From an uncultured bacterium (GTDB taxonomy: Bacteria > Oederibacteriota > PGYV01 > CAWJRG01): a stretch of 64,000 nucleotides of DNA. Shown piece by piece: positions 53,470 through 63,582 of this stretch (its first letter is position 1; each line of letters begins with the position of its first letter). The DNA lies in the NCBI GenBank assembly GCA_963845185.1, contig CAWJRG010000005.1:608001-672000 (forward strand). The letters are read 5' to 3'. Below the pieces are notes generated by a model that was not told where the DNA came from, did not search any database, and saw only the letters and a list, made by a program, of their open reading frames with translations. Both the position numbers and the translations under genes were made by a program.

Positions 53470-55149
53470 TTAAAAACAATTTTGATTACAATTAGTATTT
53501 TGCATATTTTCACAATTTTTTATCATACTCTCAAATGTTGCTTCTGTTAATTGTTCTCCTGCAAGTGAACCACCAACAGATATTATTACACATGCAGGCA
53601 TTGCTGGCCCAGCCACCGCACAAATCACAGCCAGCGCAATCTCATTCTGAATAAATGTATCATTTTGTTGTTTCACAAAATCGTTAGCCGCTTGATAACA
53701 AGCCGAAACCTGCGAGCCACAATCGCAATAGCCAAAAATATCTTTAAGATTTATAGGGTTATTTAAAACATACTCATATAAATTTAATTCTTCGCGCTGT
53801 CCATAATCTTTCGCATAAGTAATGAGACCTTCTAACCCATTTTTACCGAGTGGGTCTCTTGAAGTCCATCTTCCTACATCCGCATCATACCAGCGGTGCC
53901 AGAAATAGATAAAGCCTGTGTCCCAGTCTTTCTGGCCGTAATACCTGCCCACAAACGTAATACTGTTTATCGGGTCGCCCGTGGCGTTTGTTATCTGTCC
54001 GTACGCGTCATACTGGTAGTATTGCACTGGCCTGCCTGTATCGTCCGTCAATGCCGTTACGCTTCCCATGTTGTCGAAAAGATAATACAGCCTCTGAAAG
54101 TGCGAAAAAGTCCCTGAGCTGGTATATATCTTTCTCGTCATGCCGAGCGCTCCCTCATCGTCGCTTGTATATATCTTCAAAATCTTTGTGCCGTCTCCTT
54201 CGGCAAACAGTTTTTTGCCGTTATAGTAATAATGTGTCACAGCCCCATTAACATTCTTTCCAACTCTCAAATTGTTGTGGTTATAATTATATGCAATTGT
54301 TTTTCCGCCGGTAACAGTACCTGACAGCCTGTTGTTATAATCCCATGTAAATGTATTCGCGCCTTTTTGAGTCATATTGCCGTTTGCGTCGTATGCCATT
54401 GGGCTTATGCCGCTCACGCTTGTATACTCGTTCAGGTCATTTGGCGTGTAATTAACCGTGGCATCCGCAACCACGCTGCTCCTGTTCCCTGCCGCATCGT
54501 AATTATAAGTAACCTGCTTGTTTGTTACGGCATTCACGTTGTTATAATTTGTAAGCTGGTATATATTGTCGTAGTTATATGTTATATTTCCCGTGCTCGT
54601 GCTTTTTGTTTTTATGTTCCCCACACTGTCAAACTGCTGGACTTCGCATTTTGTCAGTATATCGCTGCCGAGATAACCGTCCGCTTTCTGCGTCTTATAT
54701 CCTTGACCGTATGTGTATTCCATTTTGTTATTATTGGGATAATCTATCTCGAGCTTATGCCCGGCAGTATCGTAGCTGCTTATATTAAATACTTCGTTCG
54801 TGCCCGTTGACTCGTCCGTAACTTTATAAACCATATTTGCTTCGTTATAGTCGGTATGTGTCACTTCACTTCCATTTAATGTAACATCTGTCTGGTTATT
54901 ATTTGCGTCATATGAATTTGCTATTACAGTGCCGTCAGGGTACGTGGTTGTCGATAGCATGCTGTCGGTGTTATATGTGTAGTTTACTGTGCCATAGCCC
55001 GGTATGGTTTCCGATAGTATTTTTCCTCCGCATGAGCAGTTATTGTCGTAAGTCATTGTCCTTGTGCCGTCAGGCGCGTTTATGGCCAGCACGCGGTTGA
55101 AAAGGTCGTATGTATAAGTGGTATTCCTCGCCATGTTCCTGCTTGTCAT
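53470..55149 (-). CDS. Orphan Rhs/YD C-terminal module with alternative CT
   Basis: Close match to the last part of 56570..61096 up to GRWTSRDP...PINLKDIFGY, then an unrelated ~85-aa CT. Confidence 0.85.
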   Translation of the reverse strand: MTSRNMARNTTYTYDLFNRVLAINAPDGTRTMTYDNNCSCGGKILSETIPGYGTVNYTYNTDSMLSTTTYPDGTVIANSYDANNNQTDVTLNGSEVTHTDYNEANMVYKVTDESTGTNEVFNISSYDTAGHKLEIDYPNNNKMEYTYGQGYKTQKADGYLGSDILTKCEVQQFDSVGNIKTKSTSTGNITYNYDNIYQLTNYNNVNAVTNKQVTYNYDAAGNRSSVVADATVNYTPNDLNEYTSVSGISPMAYDANGNMTQKGANTFTWDYNNRLSGTVTGGKTIAYNYNHNNLRVGKNVNGAVTHYYYNGKKLFAEGDGTKILKIYTSDDEGALGMTRKIYTSSGTFSHFQRLYYLFDNMGSVTALTDDTGRPVQYYQYDAYGQITNATGDPINSITFVGRYYGQKDWDTGFIYFWHRWYDADVGRWTSRDPLGKNGLEGLITYAKDYGQREELNLYEYVLNNPINLKDIFGYCDCGSQVSACYQAANDFVKQQNDTFIQNEIALAVICAVAGPAMPACVIISVGGSLAGEQLTEATFESMIKNCENMQNTNCNQNCF

Positions 55150-55406
55150 AGTGTCACCTGTATCACTTTGCCGTCGCCGGTTCCCGCATATACTATACTG
55201 CCGGCCTTGACAGGCTGGGACAGGTTCACGCCCGGCGTGGCTATGGGGACAACGGCAAAAGGCTGCGGCAGCGACAGCGACGACGCGCCCGTATAATAGC
55301 CGCTCCTCCCCTGGTCCCCGCGGTATGTGGTCCAGTCAGCTCTGAGCACCGCGGGCAGTATCAAAATCCCGCAGATGATGACGCTTAACAGAGTTTTATT
55401 TTTCAT
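55146..55406 (-). pseudogene. Truncated duplicate of the 5' end of the 52926 gene
   Basis: 86 aa, LRADWTTYRGDQGRSGYYTGAS...FAVVPIATPGVNLSQP...YAGTGDGK, matching the N-terminus of the 52926 gene, then a stop. Confidence 0.85.
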
Positions 55407-55467
55407 TTGATATTCTTCCTTACACTCAAACAATAAATGTAATTCTTTTTCATTACAATTCAATTAA

Positions 55468-56577
55468 TTATTTCATTTTGTCTTTTATAAAACGGTAGTT
55501 TGGATTAATTTTCAATCCTTCCAACCACAATTCCTTTGCTTTGCTTTTATCCCCTTCTGCTTGATAAGCATTACCGAGCCAATATAAATCCAAAATATTT
55601 TCGGGATGTAAAATTTTTTCTTTTTCAAGATATTCAACCGCTTTTTTAGCATTGTTTTTTGTCAAATAATACATTCCAAATTCAAAATAATTTGTAGGTT
55701 TTATCTCCCAGGCTTTATTTAACAGCATTAACGCCTCATCAACGTTTATTCCAGATATACAATAAATAAACGCCAAATCATTGTAGTTTTTTGCCTCTTT
55801 ACTGTTTTTTTGTATTTCAGCTTTTAAGTATTTTTTTGCTTCTTTAACAGTATATATCATTTTCTCTTTTTGTTTCATTTCCTTATATATCAAAATTTTC
55901 ATCCTGTAATAAAATCCTGAATTTTTCGAATCCTTATTAATACTTAAAATCTGATTACAAACAGCAAGCGCTTTATCAATGTTTCCCTGCATATAATATA
56001 CATTTGCAATCTGCAATAATGCATATTCATATCCAGGCTTTAATTTTAAAGCTTTATTATAATCCGTAAGCGCTTTATCATATTCGCCTATATGTGCATA
56101 CTTGTTTCCTTGATTACTATAATTATTAACATTGCTCGATAATAATTCAATAATAGTGCATGTAACAGTGACCCCAATGATGACACCAATTATTATCAGA
56201 AGTATTGTTTCTATTTTTTTTGTATAATTCGATACAAGTTTTTCTTCGTAACGGAATAGAGAATAAACTATCGTTCCATAAAAACAGGTTTTTATAATAA
56301 GAAAATTCAGTTCAATCAATGGATTAATGTTGATAATTTGCTTGCTAAAACTTTGAATTATTTCGAACATTAGAACAATTATTACTATAAAAGGATTTAA
56401 TCCGTATATTAAAAGAACTCCTGTCATTGCTTCTATACTTAATGCAATGGATGACTTATATAACAAAGTACGATGACAAAAATATTCGACAATTTCACTA
56501 CATGAAATAATAGTAAAAAATATAGAAAATAACTTCAATATATTTAAATTTCTTACAATATTATTTTGTTCACTCAT
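55468..56577 (-). CDS. Putative immunity protein: N-terminal TM helices plus TPR domain
   Basis: AT-rich. ATG at 56577 overlaps the Rhs stop, GGAGGTGA RBS. TPR GEYDKALTDYNKALKLKP. Confidence 0.7.
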   Translation of the reverse strand: MSEQNNIVRNLNILKLFSIFFTIISCSEIVEYFCHRTLLYKSSIALSIEAMTGVLLIYGLNPFIVIIVLMFEIIQSFSKQIININPLIELNFLIIKTCFYGTIVYSLFRYEEKLVSNYTKKIETILLIIIGVIIGVTVTCTIIELLSSNVNNYSNQGNKYAHIGEYDKALTDYNKALKLKPGYEYALLQIANVYYMQGNIDKALAVCNQILSINKDSKNSGFYYRMKILIYKEMKQKEKMIYTVKEAKKYLKAEIQKNSKEAKNYNDLAFIYCISGINVDEALMLLNKAWEIKPTNYFEFGMYYLTKNNAKKAVEYLEKEKILHPENILDLYWLGNAYQAEGDKSKAKELWLEGLKINPNYRFIKDKMK

Positions 56578-59500
56578 CAGAATCACCTCCCGAACTTCCA
56601 GTTTGATTGCTATCTTGTAGTTCTGTATCACCAGGACCAGGAGCTGTACCCTTTTCCGGTTCATTATTAGAATTTATCATAGTATACGGGTTTGAAGATT
56701 CACTAATTGCAAGAGCAACTCCACCAAGAATACATATTGCTCCTACTATATAACCAGGAACTGTTTTGGTAAGACAAATACCAATACCACACCCAATCAC
56801 AGCAGCGGGGACAGTATAATCTGGAGGTCCATTTAAAGCTTGTGCAGTTGTTTCCGAATTAGGTGCAGTAGGAGAATCTTGATCATCTAATCCTTTAGTG
56901 TCTACAGCATAGCCCGGCCGATTATGTACATACCCATATAAATTCACCCCGCCCTTCACGCCCACCGGATCCCTGCTTATCCATCTCCCCAATTGCGCGT
57001 CATACCAACGATGCCAGAAATAGATAAAGCCTGTGTCCCAGTCTTTCTGGCCGTAATACCTGCCAACAAAGGTAATGCTGTTTATCGGGTCGCCTGTGGC
57101 GTTTGTTATCTGGCCGTACGCGTCATACTGGTAGTATTGCACTGGCCTGCCTGTATCGTCCGTCAACGCAGTGACGCTTCCCAGGTTGTCGAAAAGATAA
57201 TACAGCCTCTGAAAGTGCGAAAAAGTCCCTGAGCTGGTATATATCTTTCTCGTCATGCCGAGCGCTCCCTCATCGTCGCTTGTATATATCTTCAAAATCT
57301 TTGTGCCGTCTCCTTCGGCAAACAGTTTTTTGCCGTTATAGTAATAATGTGTCACAGCCCCATTAACATTCTTTCCAACTCTCAAATTGTTGTGGTTATA
57401 ATTATATGCAATTGTTTTGCTGCCTATGCTTGCCCCTGACAGCCTGTTATTATAGTCCCACGTTAACGTCTTGCTTCCTTTTTGCGTCATGTTGCCGTTT
57501 GCATCGTACCCCATCGTGCTTATTCCACTCACGCTCGTATACTCGTTCAAGTCATTTGGTGTGTAATTAATCGTGGCATCCGCGACCACGCTGCTCCTGT
57601 TCCCGGCAGTGTCGTAATTATAAGCAACCTGCTTGTTTGCCACCGCATTCGCATTGTCATAATTTGTCAATTGGTAAATATTATCGTAATTATATGTTAT
57701 ATCGCCTGTACTCATGCTTTTTGTCTTTATATTACCTACGCTGTCAAAATTTGTTACTTCGCATTTTGTCATTATATCGCTTCCGAGATAACCATCAGCT
57801 TTCTGCATCTTATATCCCTGTCCGTATGCGTATTCCATTTTATTGTTATTGGGATAATCTATTTCAAGCTTATGGCCTGCCGCGTCGTAATTGCTTATAT
57901 TAAATACTTCGTTCGTTCCTGTCGATTCGTCTGTAACCCTGTAAACCATATTCGCCTCGTTATAGTCAGTATGTGTCACTTCACTCCCATTTAAAATAAC
58001 ATCTGTCTGGTTATTATTTGCGTCATATGAATTTGCTATTACAGTGCCGTCAGGGTAAATGGTTGTAGATAGCATGCTGTCGGTATTATATGTGTAATTT
58101 ATAGTACCGTAGCCCGGTATTGTCTCGGATAATATTTTGCCCCCGCAAGAGCAGTTATTGTCGTAAGTCATTGTCCTTGTGCCATCAGGCGCGTTTATAT
58201 TCAGCACGCGGTTGAAAAGATCGTAAGCAAAAGTCGTGTTTCTCGTAAGGTTCTGGTCGCTCCTGCTTATCATGTTGCCGGACGGGTCGAACCACATCTC
58301 CGTCACATTTTGCGAGTCATCTTGCACCCAGTTCATCCGGTTTAACCCGTCAAAGGCATAAGTGGTTATTTTGAGCTTCTGGTCAATCATCTGCGTCCTG
58401 TTATTGCTTTTATCGTAGGTAAATTTTACGGATGTCTGGTTCGCGTAATCTATTTCGAGGAGCATGCCGCTTTCGGACTTTATGTATGTTGTTGATTCTC
58501 CACCGTTGTCGGTTACCAGCTGCGTCTCGACTCCATTTGAAAACGAGTTGACATATGTTGTATTTATACCGTCTAAGTTTATTCCGTTTACATAACCGAG
58601 GTTGTCGTAGTTGTAGGTAGTCGTCTTGTTCCCATCGCTCACCGTATATAAAAGGCCTGCGTTCAATCCGCCTGCCGGGTAATAAGTATAGCTTTTTCCT
58701 ATTTGTATTGAATTCGGTTTTGTTACGTTAATAGCCTCGCTTTGCAGCTTGTCGTCCGGATAATAATTATAATATTTTATATAGCCTTTTTTATCCGTGG
58801 CCTGCGTTATTTTTTGCCGTGTATTGTATGTATAGAGAGCGTATTTGCTTTCGCCCTGCAAATATGTTTTCATGGTTCCGCCGCCGCCCGCGTAGTCCGT
58901 GTATTCCCTTATCTCGGTCCCGCCCATTGTGTCTTTCCTGATAACCCTTCCAAACATATCATAAACCGTCCTGAAACTTTTGGTGACGCCAATGCCCGAA
59001 ACCGTCAAAGTGTCGGTAATAATGGACGGGGTTGAATAATTCCATACATGTGTTTTTGTCACGGCATCATTGCTATTGTTTATCCATGTTGTTTCCGTAT
59101 AATTCTGGGGGTTTTCCGGGTCGGGGTAACTCATGGTTGCCACGGTTACCAGTGCACCGTCATAGCCTTTTTGAATAGCAGTTATATTCTCATAACTATC
59201 TCTGGTATATTCTACAACCCTGCCTTCGGGATCCTTTGATTTCGTAATAAAACCGGCGGAATCATAGGTGTAATACGTCGTCCCTGCCGCGGCGCCACCG
59301 GTTGATGACGTGGTGTAATTCCGTGTTACCTGCGAAACCTCGGCATTGCTGTTGTAATGCCCCGACACGTTGTTGCCTGTTTGATCGGTTATGGATTCCT
59401 GCTGGAAATTCAGCGGGTTTGTCTGGGCTGTTTTTATCGTTATGCCGTTCAGCGTTATTTTCTCGCCGTTTCCCGTGCCGCCCATGTATATGTTTTTTAT

Positions 59501-61096
59501 CCTTCCGTCATACTCATGGACAATGGTAAGGAACGGGCTCTGCGGGGCATTTATCATGCTCCTTATGGATTGCGGTATTGTCTGGCTCAGGGAATAATCA
59601 CTGTAAGTGCCGTTATTGAGCATCTGGTATTCGAACGTCAGCGTGCCCTGTGGCGATGTTTCCGAAATAACCCTGCCGTCGCTGTCATATAAATACGTAA
59701 CGTTCGCGTACCCGTCTATGGCCCTGTTTTCCTGCTTTGAATACAGCCTGGAGTTGTTATCGTAAGTATAACTGCAACCCACGCCGGGCCCGGAAACGCC
59801 GCTCAACAATCCGGCATCATTATAAGTATAGTTATATGTTGCCTGCCCGCAGCTTACTGCGGATATCTTATCAATGGAATTATACGCGAAATTAATTGTC
59901 CTGCCGGCAGTATCCCTGATGGAGGAAACGCGGCCGGCTGCGTTGTAAGTCAGGGTTATTGTGTTGTTGTAGATGTCGCTGATTTGCATAAGCTGTGCCC
60001 TGTTATTGTCGTAAGCCGTGGTGTAAGTATATGTTTTGTGTTCCTTTATCTTGGTCAGTATATAGTTATTTCCGCTTTTTACCATACTGTAACCGAGGAA
60101 GGGCTCGCCTGTATAGCTGCCGTCAGTCTGTAATATGAAGTTGTACTGGCTGCCGTCTGTATCGACAAGTATGAGATTGCCGTTGCCAGCAATAAGAATA
60201 CTAGTGTCGTAAGTGAATGTCCACCATTGCCCGAATACACCTGTATACCAGCTCAAATCGCTCCTGTAGTGCCGTGTAAAATCAAAATCAAACCCCATTT
60301 TTCCCATGAATTTGAAATCGTTTATGACAAGTTTTTCCCCTCCCGTATACGGCGAAACAGGGTCGCCTTCGGAATCATTGCTGCATTTATCGTCATTCTC
60401 ATGTTCTGTCGCGGTCCATGTGGGTGTCGGCACAGGCGTGTCCGTATTTGACATAGTAGGAGTGTATGTGTAGGAAGGAGTATATGTGTCGGTATAAGTA
60501 TCAGTGTACATAGTCGGAGTCTCGGTAGGAGTGTAGGTGTTTGTAGGCGGAGTCCCGGTAGGAGTTGCCATTAATTGAAAACTTATTTGATATGACTCTC
60601 CATAATACCTTCCGTATATGTCATAAGTATGAGTTACTAAATTTACCTGCCCGCCCCTTATAGGTGATGCATTAAATTCATAACAATTCCCGTAACATGT
60701 AGTAGAACCGTTTCCGCATTGTGCGACCATTTGCCCGTTTATCGACATATCAAATTCGTCATCCGCGGCCATTAAAATGTCAGCGCTGTATATACCCTCG
60801 GGCAGAGTAAAAGTTTTTATAAATGTCATTTTTGCGCCGGTATATGGTACAGTTCCATATGAATTGTCTGAAATCCAGTTCGAACTCCCGCATGGCGACG
60901 TCCAGCAATCACAATCCGGCATCGTCGTTACTATAGAAGCATTTATCATCAGATTTCCAATATAATCGTTTCCATCGCTTACAACATATATCGGTGTCGG
61001 CGTCGGCGCGTCTGCATGAAGATACGGACAAAATAAAATTAAAAATAAAAATATAATTGGCGCGGCTTTACAGATGTAATTAAAAATTTTTTCCAT
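56570..61096 (-). CDS. Rhs/YD-repeat polymorphic toxin with Sec signal peptide
   Basis: Signal peptide, beta-sandwich domain, TPT linker, GDPVSPYTG (DUF6531-like), YD repeats, core RWYDAQLGRWISRDP...NLYGYVHNRP...DTKGL, ~105-aa CT. Confidence 0.9.
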   Translation of the reverse strand: MEKIFNYICKAAPIIFLFLILFCPYLHADAPTPTPIYVVSDGNDYIGNLMINASIVTTMPDCDCWTSPCGSSNWISDNSYGTVPYTGAKMTFIKTFTLPEGIYSADILMAADDEFDMSINGQMVAQCGNGSTTCYGNCYEFNASPIRGGQVNLVTHTYDIYGRYYGESYQISFQLMATPTGTPPTNTYTPTETPTMYTDTYTDTYTPSYTYTPTMSNTDTPVPTPTWTATEHENDDKCSNDSEGDPVSPYTGGEKLVINDFKFMGKMGFDFDFTRHYRSDLSWYTGVFGQWWTFTYDTSILIAGNGNLILVDTDGSQYNFILQTDGSYTGEPFLGYSMVKSGNNYILTKIKEHKTYTYTTAYDNNRAQLMQISDIYNNTITLTYNAAGRVSSIRDTAGRTINFAYNSIDKISAVSCGQATYNYTYNDAGLLSGVSGPGVGCSYTYDNNSRLYSKQENRAIDGYANVTYLYDSDGRVISETSPQGTLTFEYQMLNNGTYSDYSLSQTIPQSIRSMINAPQSPFLTIVHEYDGRIKNIYMGGTGNGEKITLNGITIKTAQTNPLNFQQESITDQTGNNVSGHYNSNAEVSQVTRNYTTSSTGGAAAGTTYYTYDSAGFITKSKDPEGRVVEYTRDSYENITAIQKGYDGALVTVATMSYPDPENPQNYTETTWINNSNDAVTKTHVWNYSTPSIITDTLTVSGIGVTKSFRTVYDMFGRVIRKDTMGGTEIREYTDYAGGGGTMKTYLQGESKYALYTYNTRQKITQATDKKGYIKYYNYYPDDKLQSEAINVTKPNSIQIGKSYTYYPAGGLNAGLLYTVSDGNKTTTYNYDNLGYVNGINLDGINTTYVNSFSNGVETQLVTDNGGESTTYIKSESGMLLEIDYANQTSVKFTYDKSNNRTQMIDQKLKITTYAFDGLNRMNWVQDDSQNVTEMWFDPSGNMISRSDQNLTRNTTFAYDLFNRVLNINAPDGTRTMTYDNNCSCGGKILSETIPGYGTINYTYNTDSMLSTTIYPDGTVIANSYDANNNQTDVILNGSEVTHTDYNEANMVYRVTDESTGTNEVFNISNYDAAGHKLEIDYPNNNKMEYAYGQGYKMQKADGYLGSDIMTKCEVTNFDSVGNIKTKSMSTGDITYNYDNIYQLTNYDNANAVANKQVAYNYDTAGNRSSVVADATINYTPNDLNEYTSVSGISTMGYDANGNMTQKGSKTLTWDYNNRLSGASIGSKTIAYNYNHNNLRVGKNVNGAVTHYYYNGKKLFAEGDGTKILKIYTSDDEGALGMTRKIYTSSGTFSHFQRLYYLFDNLGSVTALTDDTGRPVQYYQYDAYGQITNATGDPINSITFVGRYYGQKDWDTGFIYFWHRWYDAQLGRWISRDPVGVKGGVNLYGYVHNRPGYAVDTKGLDDQDSPTAPNSETTAQALNGPPDYTVPAAVIGCGIGICLTKTVPGYIVGAICILGGVALAISESSNPYTMINSNNEPEKGTAPGPGDTELQDSNQTGSSGGDSDE

Positions 61097-61433
61097 CAAT
61101 TTCTGTCCGCTCTTTTAAAAAAGGCCGACAAAATTGTTTTTCCCATTTTCCCATTCCTGTTTTATGGCATGTTTAAAAACATGTTCATCCAAAATTATTA
61201 ATCCATTGCGTTGTTTAGCCCTTATTTTTTTCCATTACTTGGACATGATAGTTAATTTTCTTTTTGTTTGATTGCCTTGTAAGGTATACAATACAAAATG
61301 TGATTTGTCAACAATTTTTCTTATTAATCATTTATTAATTATTGGTAAAAACATCCTGTGGGATGTGATACAAAAAAACTGTTAATTTTAGAAATTTTCG
61401 CGGGATTAAATAAAAAATAGGCGATTTAAGTAT

Positions 61434-63566
61434 TTATAATTTAATTTTATTTATCTTTACGATTTTCGTGTCCTGCTCGTTTTCAAGCGGTACTATTACG
61501 CCCTGGTTCATTAGCCGTCTGCCTGTTGCCTTGATTTTTTTATTCCCAATTTCCAATGTATATAACGCTGTTGGTGCAAGCCCTTTTAATTTCACCTTGA
61601 CTAAATTGTGGCTCGCCGAGTATTTCAAAAGGAACGCGAACAAAACAGCTTCTGACCTATCCTTAGACACGTACATGAAAGTGACTCGCCTGCTGTTATA
61701 CGGGCTTTCAATCCTGAATAAATCCCCCTTGTGTATTATTTCCCTGATTAATTTATATTCCTTGATTTTGTCCCTAAGAATATTAAGCTCGTCTTTTTTC
61801 CATTTAAGCAGATTCGCTTCTGTTCCCATGTTCCCTGCCATTGCAGTATGGATGCGGAAAAGCAACTTTGTCGCCCTTCCTGTCAGGCCGTACGGGCTGT
61901 CTGCCACATGGCAGCACATTACCTGTGCCGGGTAAAACATTGAAGTGCCATACTGTATAAACTGCCTTGACACAGGGTCGTTGTTGTCGCTTGTCCAGAC
62001 CTGGTCCACGTATTTTAATATCCCGCCACTGAACCGGCCGCCGCCGCCGGCGCATCCCTCGATGATCAATGCCGGGTTCAGGCTTCTCATGTAAGCCATA
62101 AGCCCGTACACAGCCTTCATGTGCTCTATCCATACGGGAACATCTTTTAAATTCGGCGCGCTTGCCTCGGAAATATACCTGTTCATATCCCATTTCACAT
62201 AATCAGGCTTGTAGGATTTAATAACCCTGTAAATAACTTTCTTAAGATAATCCATCACTTCTTTTTTTGTGATGTTCAAGACAAGCTGGTGCCTCATCTC
62301 GGTCCTCGGCCTTCCCTTGAAATGGTAGCACCAGTTCGGGTGCTTTTTATAAAGCTCAGATTTAGGGTTTACCATTTCAGGCTCGAGCCATATGCCGAAC
62401 ATGAGCCCTTTTGCTTTTATCTTTTCCCTGAATTTTTCCATACCGCCCGGGAACTTGTTTTTTGCCGGCTCCCAGTCGCCAAGCGACGATGTGTCGTCGT
62501 TTCTTCCCCTGAACCATCCGTCGTCCACAACAAGCATCTCCGCGCCTATTTTGACCGCAGTATCCGCGAGCTTTAAAAGTTTTTCCTCGTTTATGTCAAA
62601 ATAAAAAGCTTCCCAGCTGTTGACAAGCACGGGCTTAGGCTTTTCGACATTTTGTTTCGGCAGAATCTGCTCCCTGTAAAAGTCGTGCATGTTCCTAGTC
62701 ATTTCGCCAATACCGTGCCCAGAATACCCGAGTATCAAAGCCGGCGTTTCAAATTCTTTTCCCGGCCTTAAGGTTATGAATCCGTCAAAATTATTTATGC
62801 CGCCGGTAAAAGCAACTACATCATAAAACCTTTTTTCAAAAACGAATTTCCAGTTCCCGCTCCATAAAAGCTGGCTAAAATAGTATTCCCCGCTGTCTTC
62901 ATTCACTTTTTCTTCCTTTGTGATGAAAAAAGATGGGTTCAGGATATGGCTTGAATTTCCCGTCCTGCTTTCCAAAACCTTTTTTCCGTGCGATATTTCC
63001 TCAAACCTCAGCGACATTTCCTTTATCCAGCCGCCGTGAAAAAACCCGAGGTTGTACTCGCCAGGCGGGAATATAAGGTCTCCTGAGTTGAAATTTTCCA
63101 GCGTAACGCTTATGTTCTTGCTGTTGTTCTTTATCTTTATGCTTTTTTCTATCAGGTTGTAATCGTAGTGAACCTTGTAATCCAGTTGTACGGTTAAAGG
63201 GTATATTTTATCCCTCATGGTTATTTCAAGCGTGTCACCTTTTATCTTGGCGCTAGAGTACACGCAATCAGCCGACCTATTTCCGTCTGAAAATAAGAGT
63301 TTTATAGTATTTTCAAATACATTATAACCATCGTAAATATTGATTTCCGGCATGAAATTTGATTTTTTGTTGTCTGAGCTGTGGTACCCTATCTCGCTGA
63401 AAGCACGCCCGGTTATGTTTTTTAATTTTTTTTCCTTTAATATTCCGCCGTAGTAAGCGTGATACAGCTTCTTTTCAGTGTTAATGCCGAATATATAAGT
63501 ACTGTCAATTGTATTCAGGCAAAACTGCTTTTTCTTTTTATCAAACAGGATATTTTTGGCCATCAT
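61434..63566 (-). CDS. Alpha-galactosidase, GH36
   Basis: NSWEAFYFD, VVDDGWF, FGIWLEPEMVN, YVKWDMNR, CAGGGGR, WTSDNND. Confidence 0.95.
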   Translation of the reverse strand: MMAKNILFDKKKKQFCLNTIDSTYIFGINTEKKLYHAYYGGILKEKKLKNITGRAFSEIGYHSSDNKKSNFMPEINIYDGYNVFENTIKLLFSDGNRSADCVYSSAKIKGDTLEITMRDKIYPLTVQLDYKVHYDYNLIEKSIKIKNNSKNISVTLENFNSGDLIFPPGEYNLGFFHGGWIKEMSLRFEEISHGKKVLESRTGNSSHILNPSFFITKEEKVNEDSGEYYFSQLLWSGNWKFVFEKRFYDVVAFTGGINNFDGFITLRPGKEFETPALILGYSGHGIGEMTRNMHDFYREQILPKQNVEKPKPVLVNSWEAFYFDINEEKLLKLADTAVKIGAEMLVVDDGWFRGRNDDTSSLGDWEPAKNKFPGGMEKFREKIKAKGLMFGIWLEPEMVNPKSELYKKHPNWCYHFKGRPRTEMRHQLVLNITKKEVMDYLKKVIYRVIKSYKPDYVKWDMNRYISEASAPNLKDVPVWIEHMKAVYGLMAYMRSLNPALIIEGCAGGGGRFSGGILKYVDQVWTSDNNDPVSRQFIQYGTSMFYPAQVMCCHVADSPYGLTGRATKLLFRIHTAMAGNMGTEANLLKWKKDELNILRDKIKEYKLIREIIHKGDLFRIESPYNSRRVTFMYVSKDRSEAVLFAFLLKYSASHNLVKVKLKGLAPTALYTLEIGNKKIKATGRRLMNQGVIVPLENEQDTKIVKINKIKL

Positions 63567-63582
63567 TGCCTCCGGTATTGGG

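Noticed and set aside
55407..55463. Upstream extension of the 55146..55463 ORF, and similar extensions of 55468..56664 and 1675..2430
   Set aside because: RBS position and paralog alignment favour the internal ATGs at 55406, 56577 and 2397.
50630..57418. Diversity-generating retroelement TR/VR pairs (duplicated MAM-like domains, Rhs cores)
   Set aside because: No reverse transcriptase in the window. Differences are not adenine-specific, and both copies are coding.
61283..61311. Sigma70 promoter for the Rhs gene (TTGACA-N17-TATACC)
   Set aside because: Perfect -35, but the -10 lacks the conserved final T. Too weak to list as a feature.
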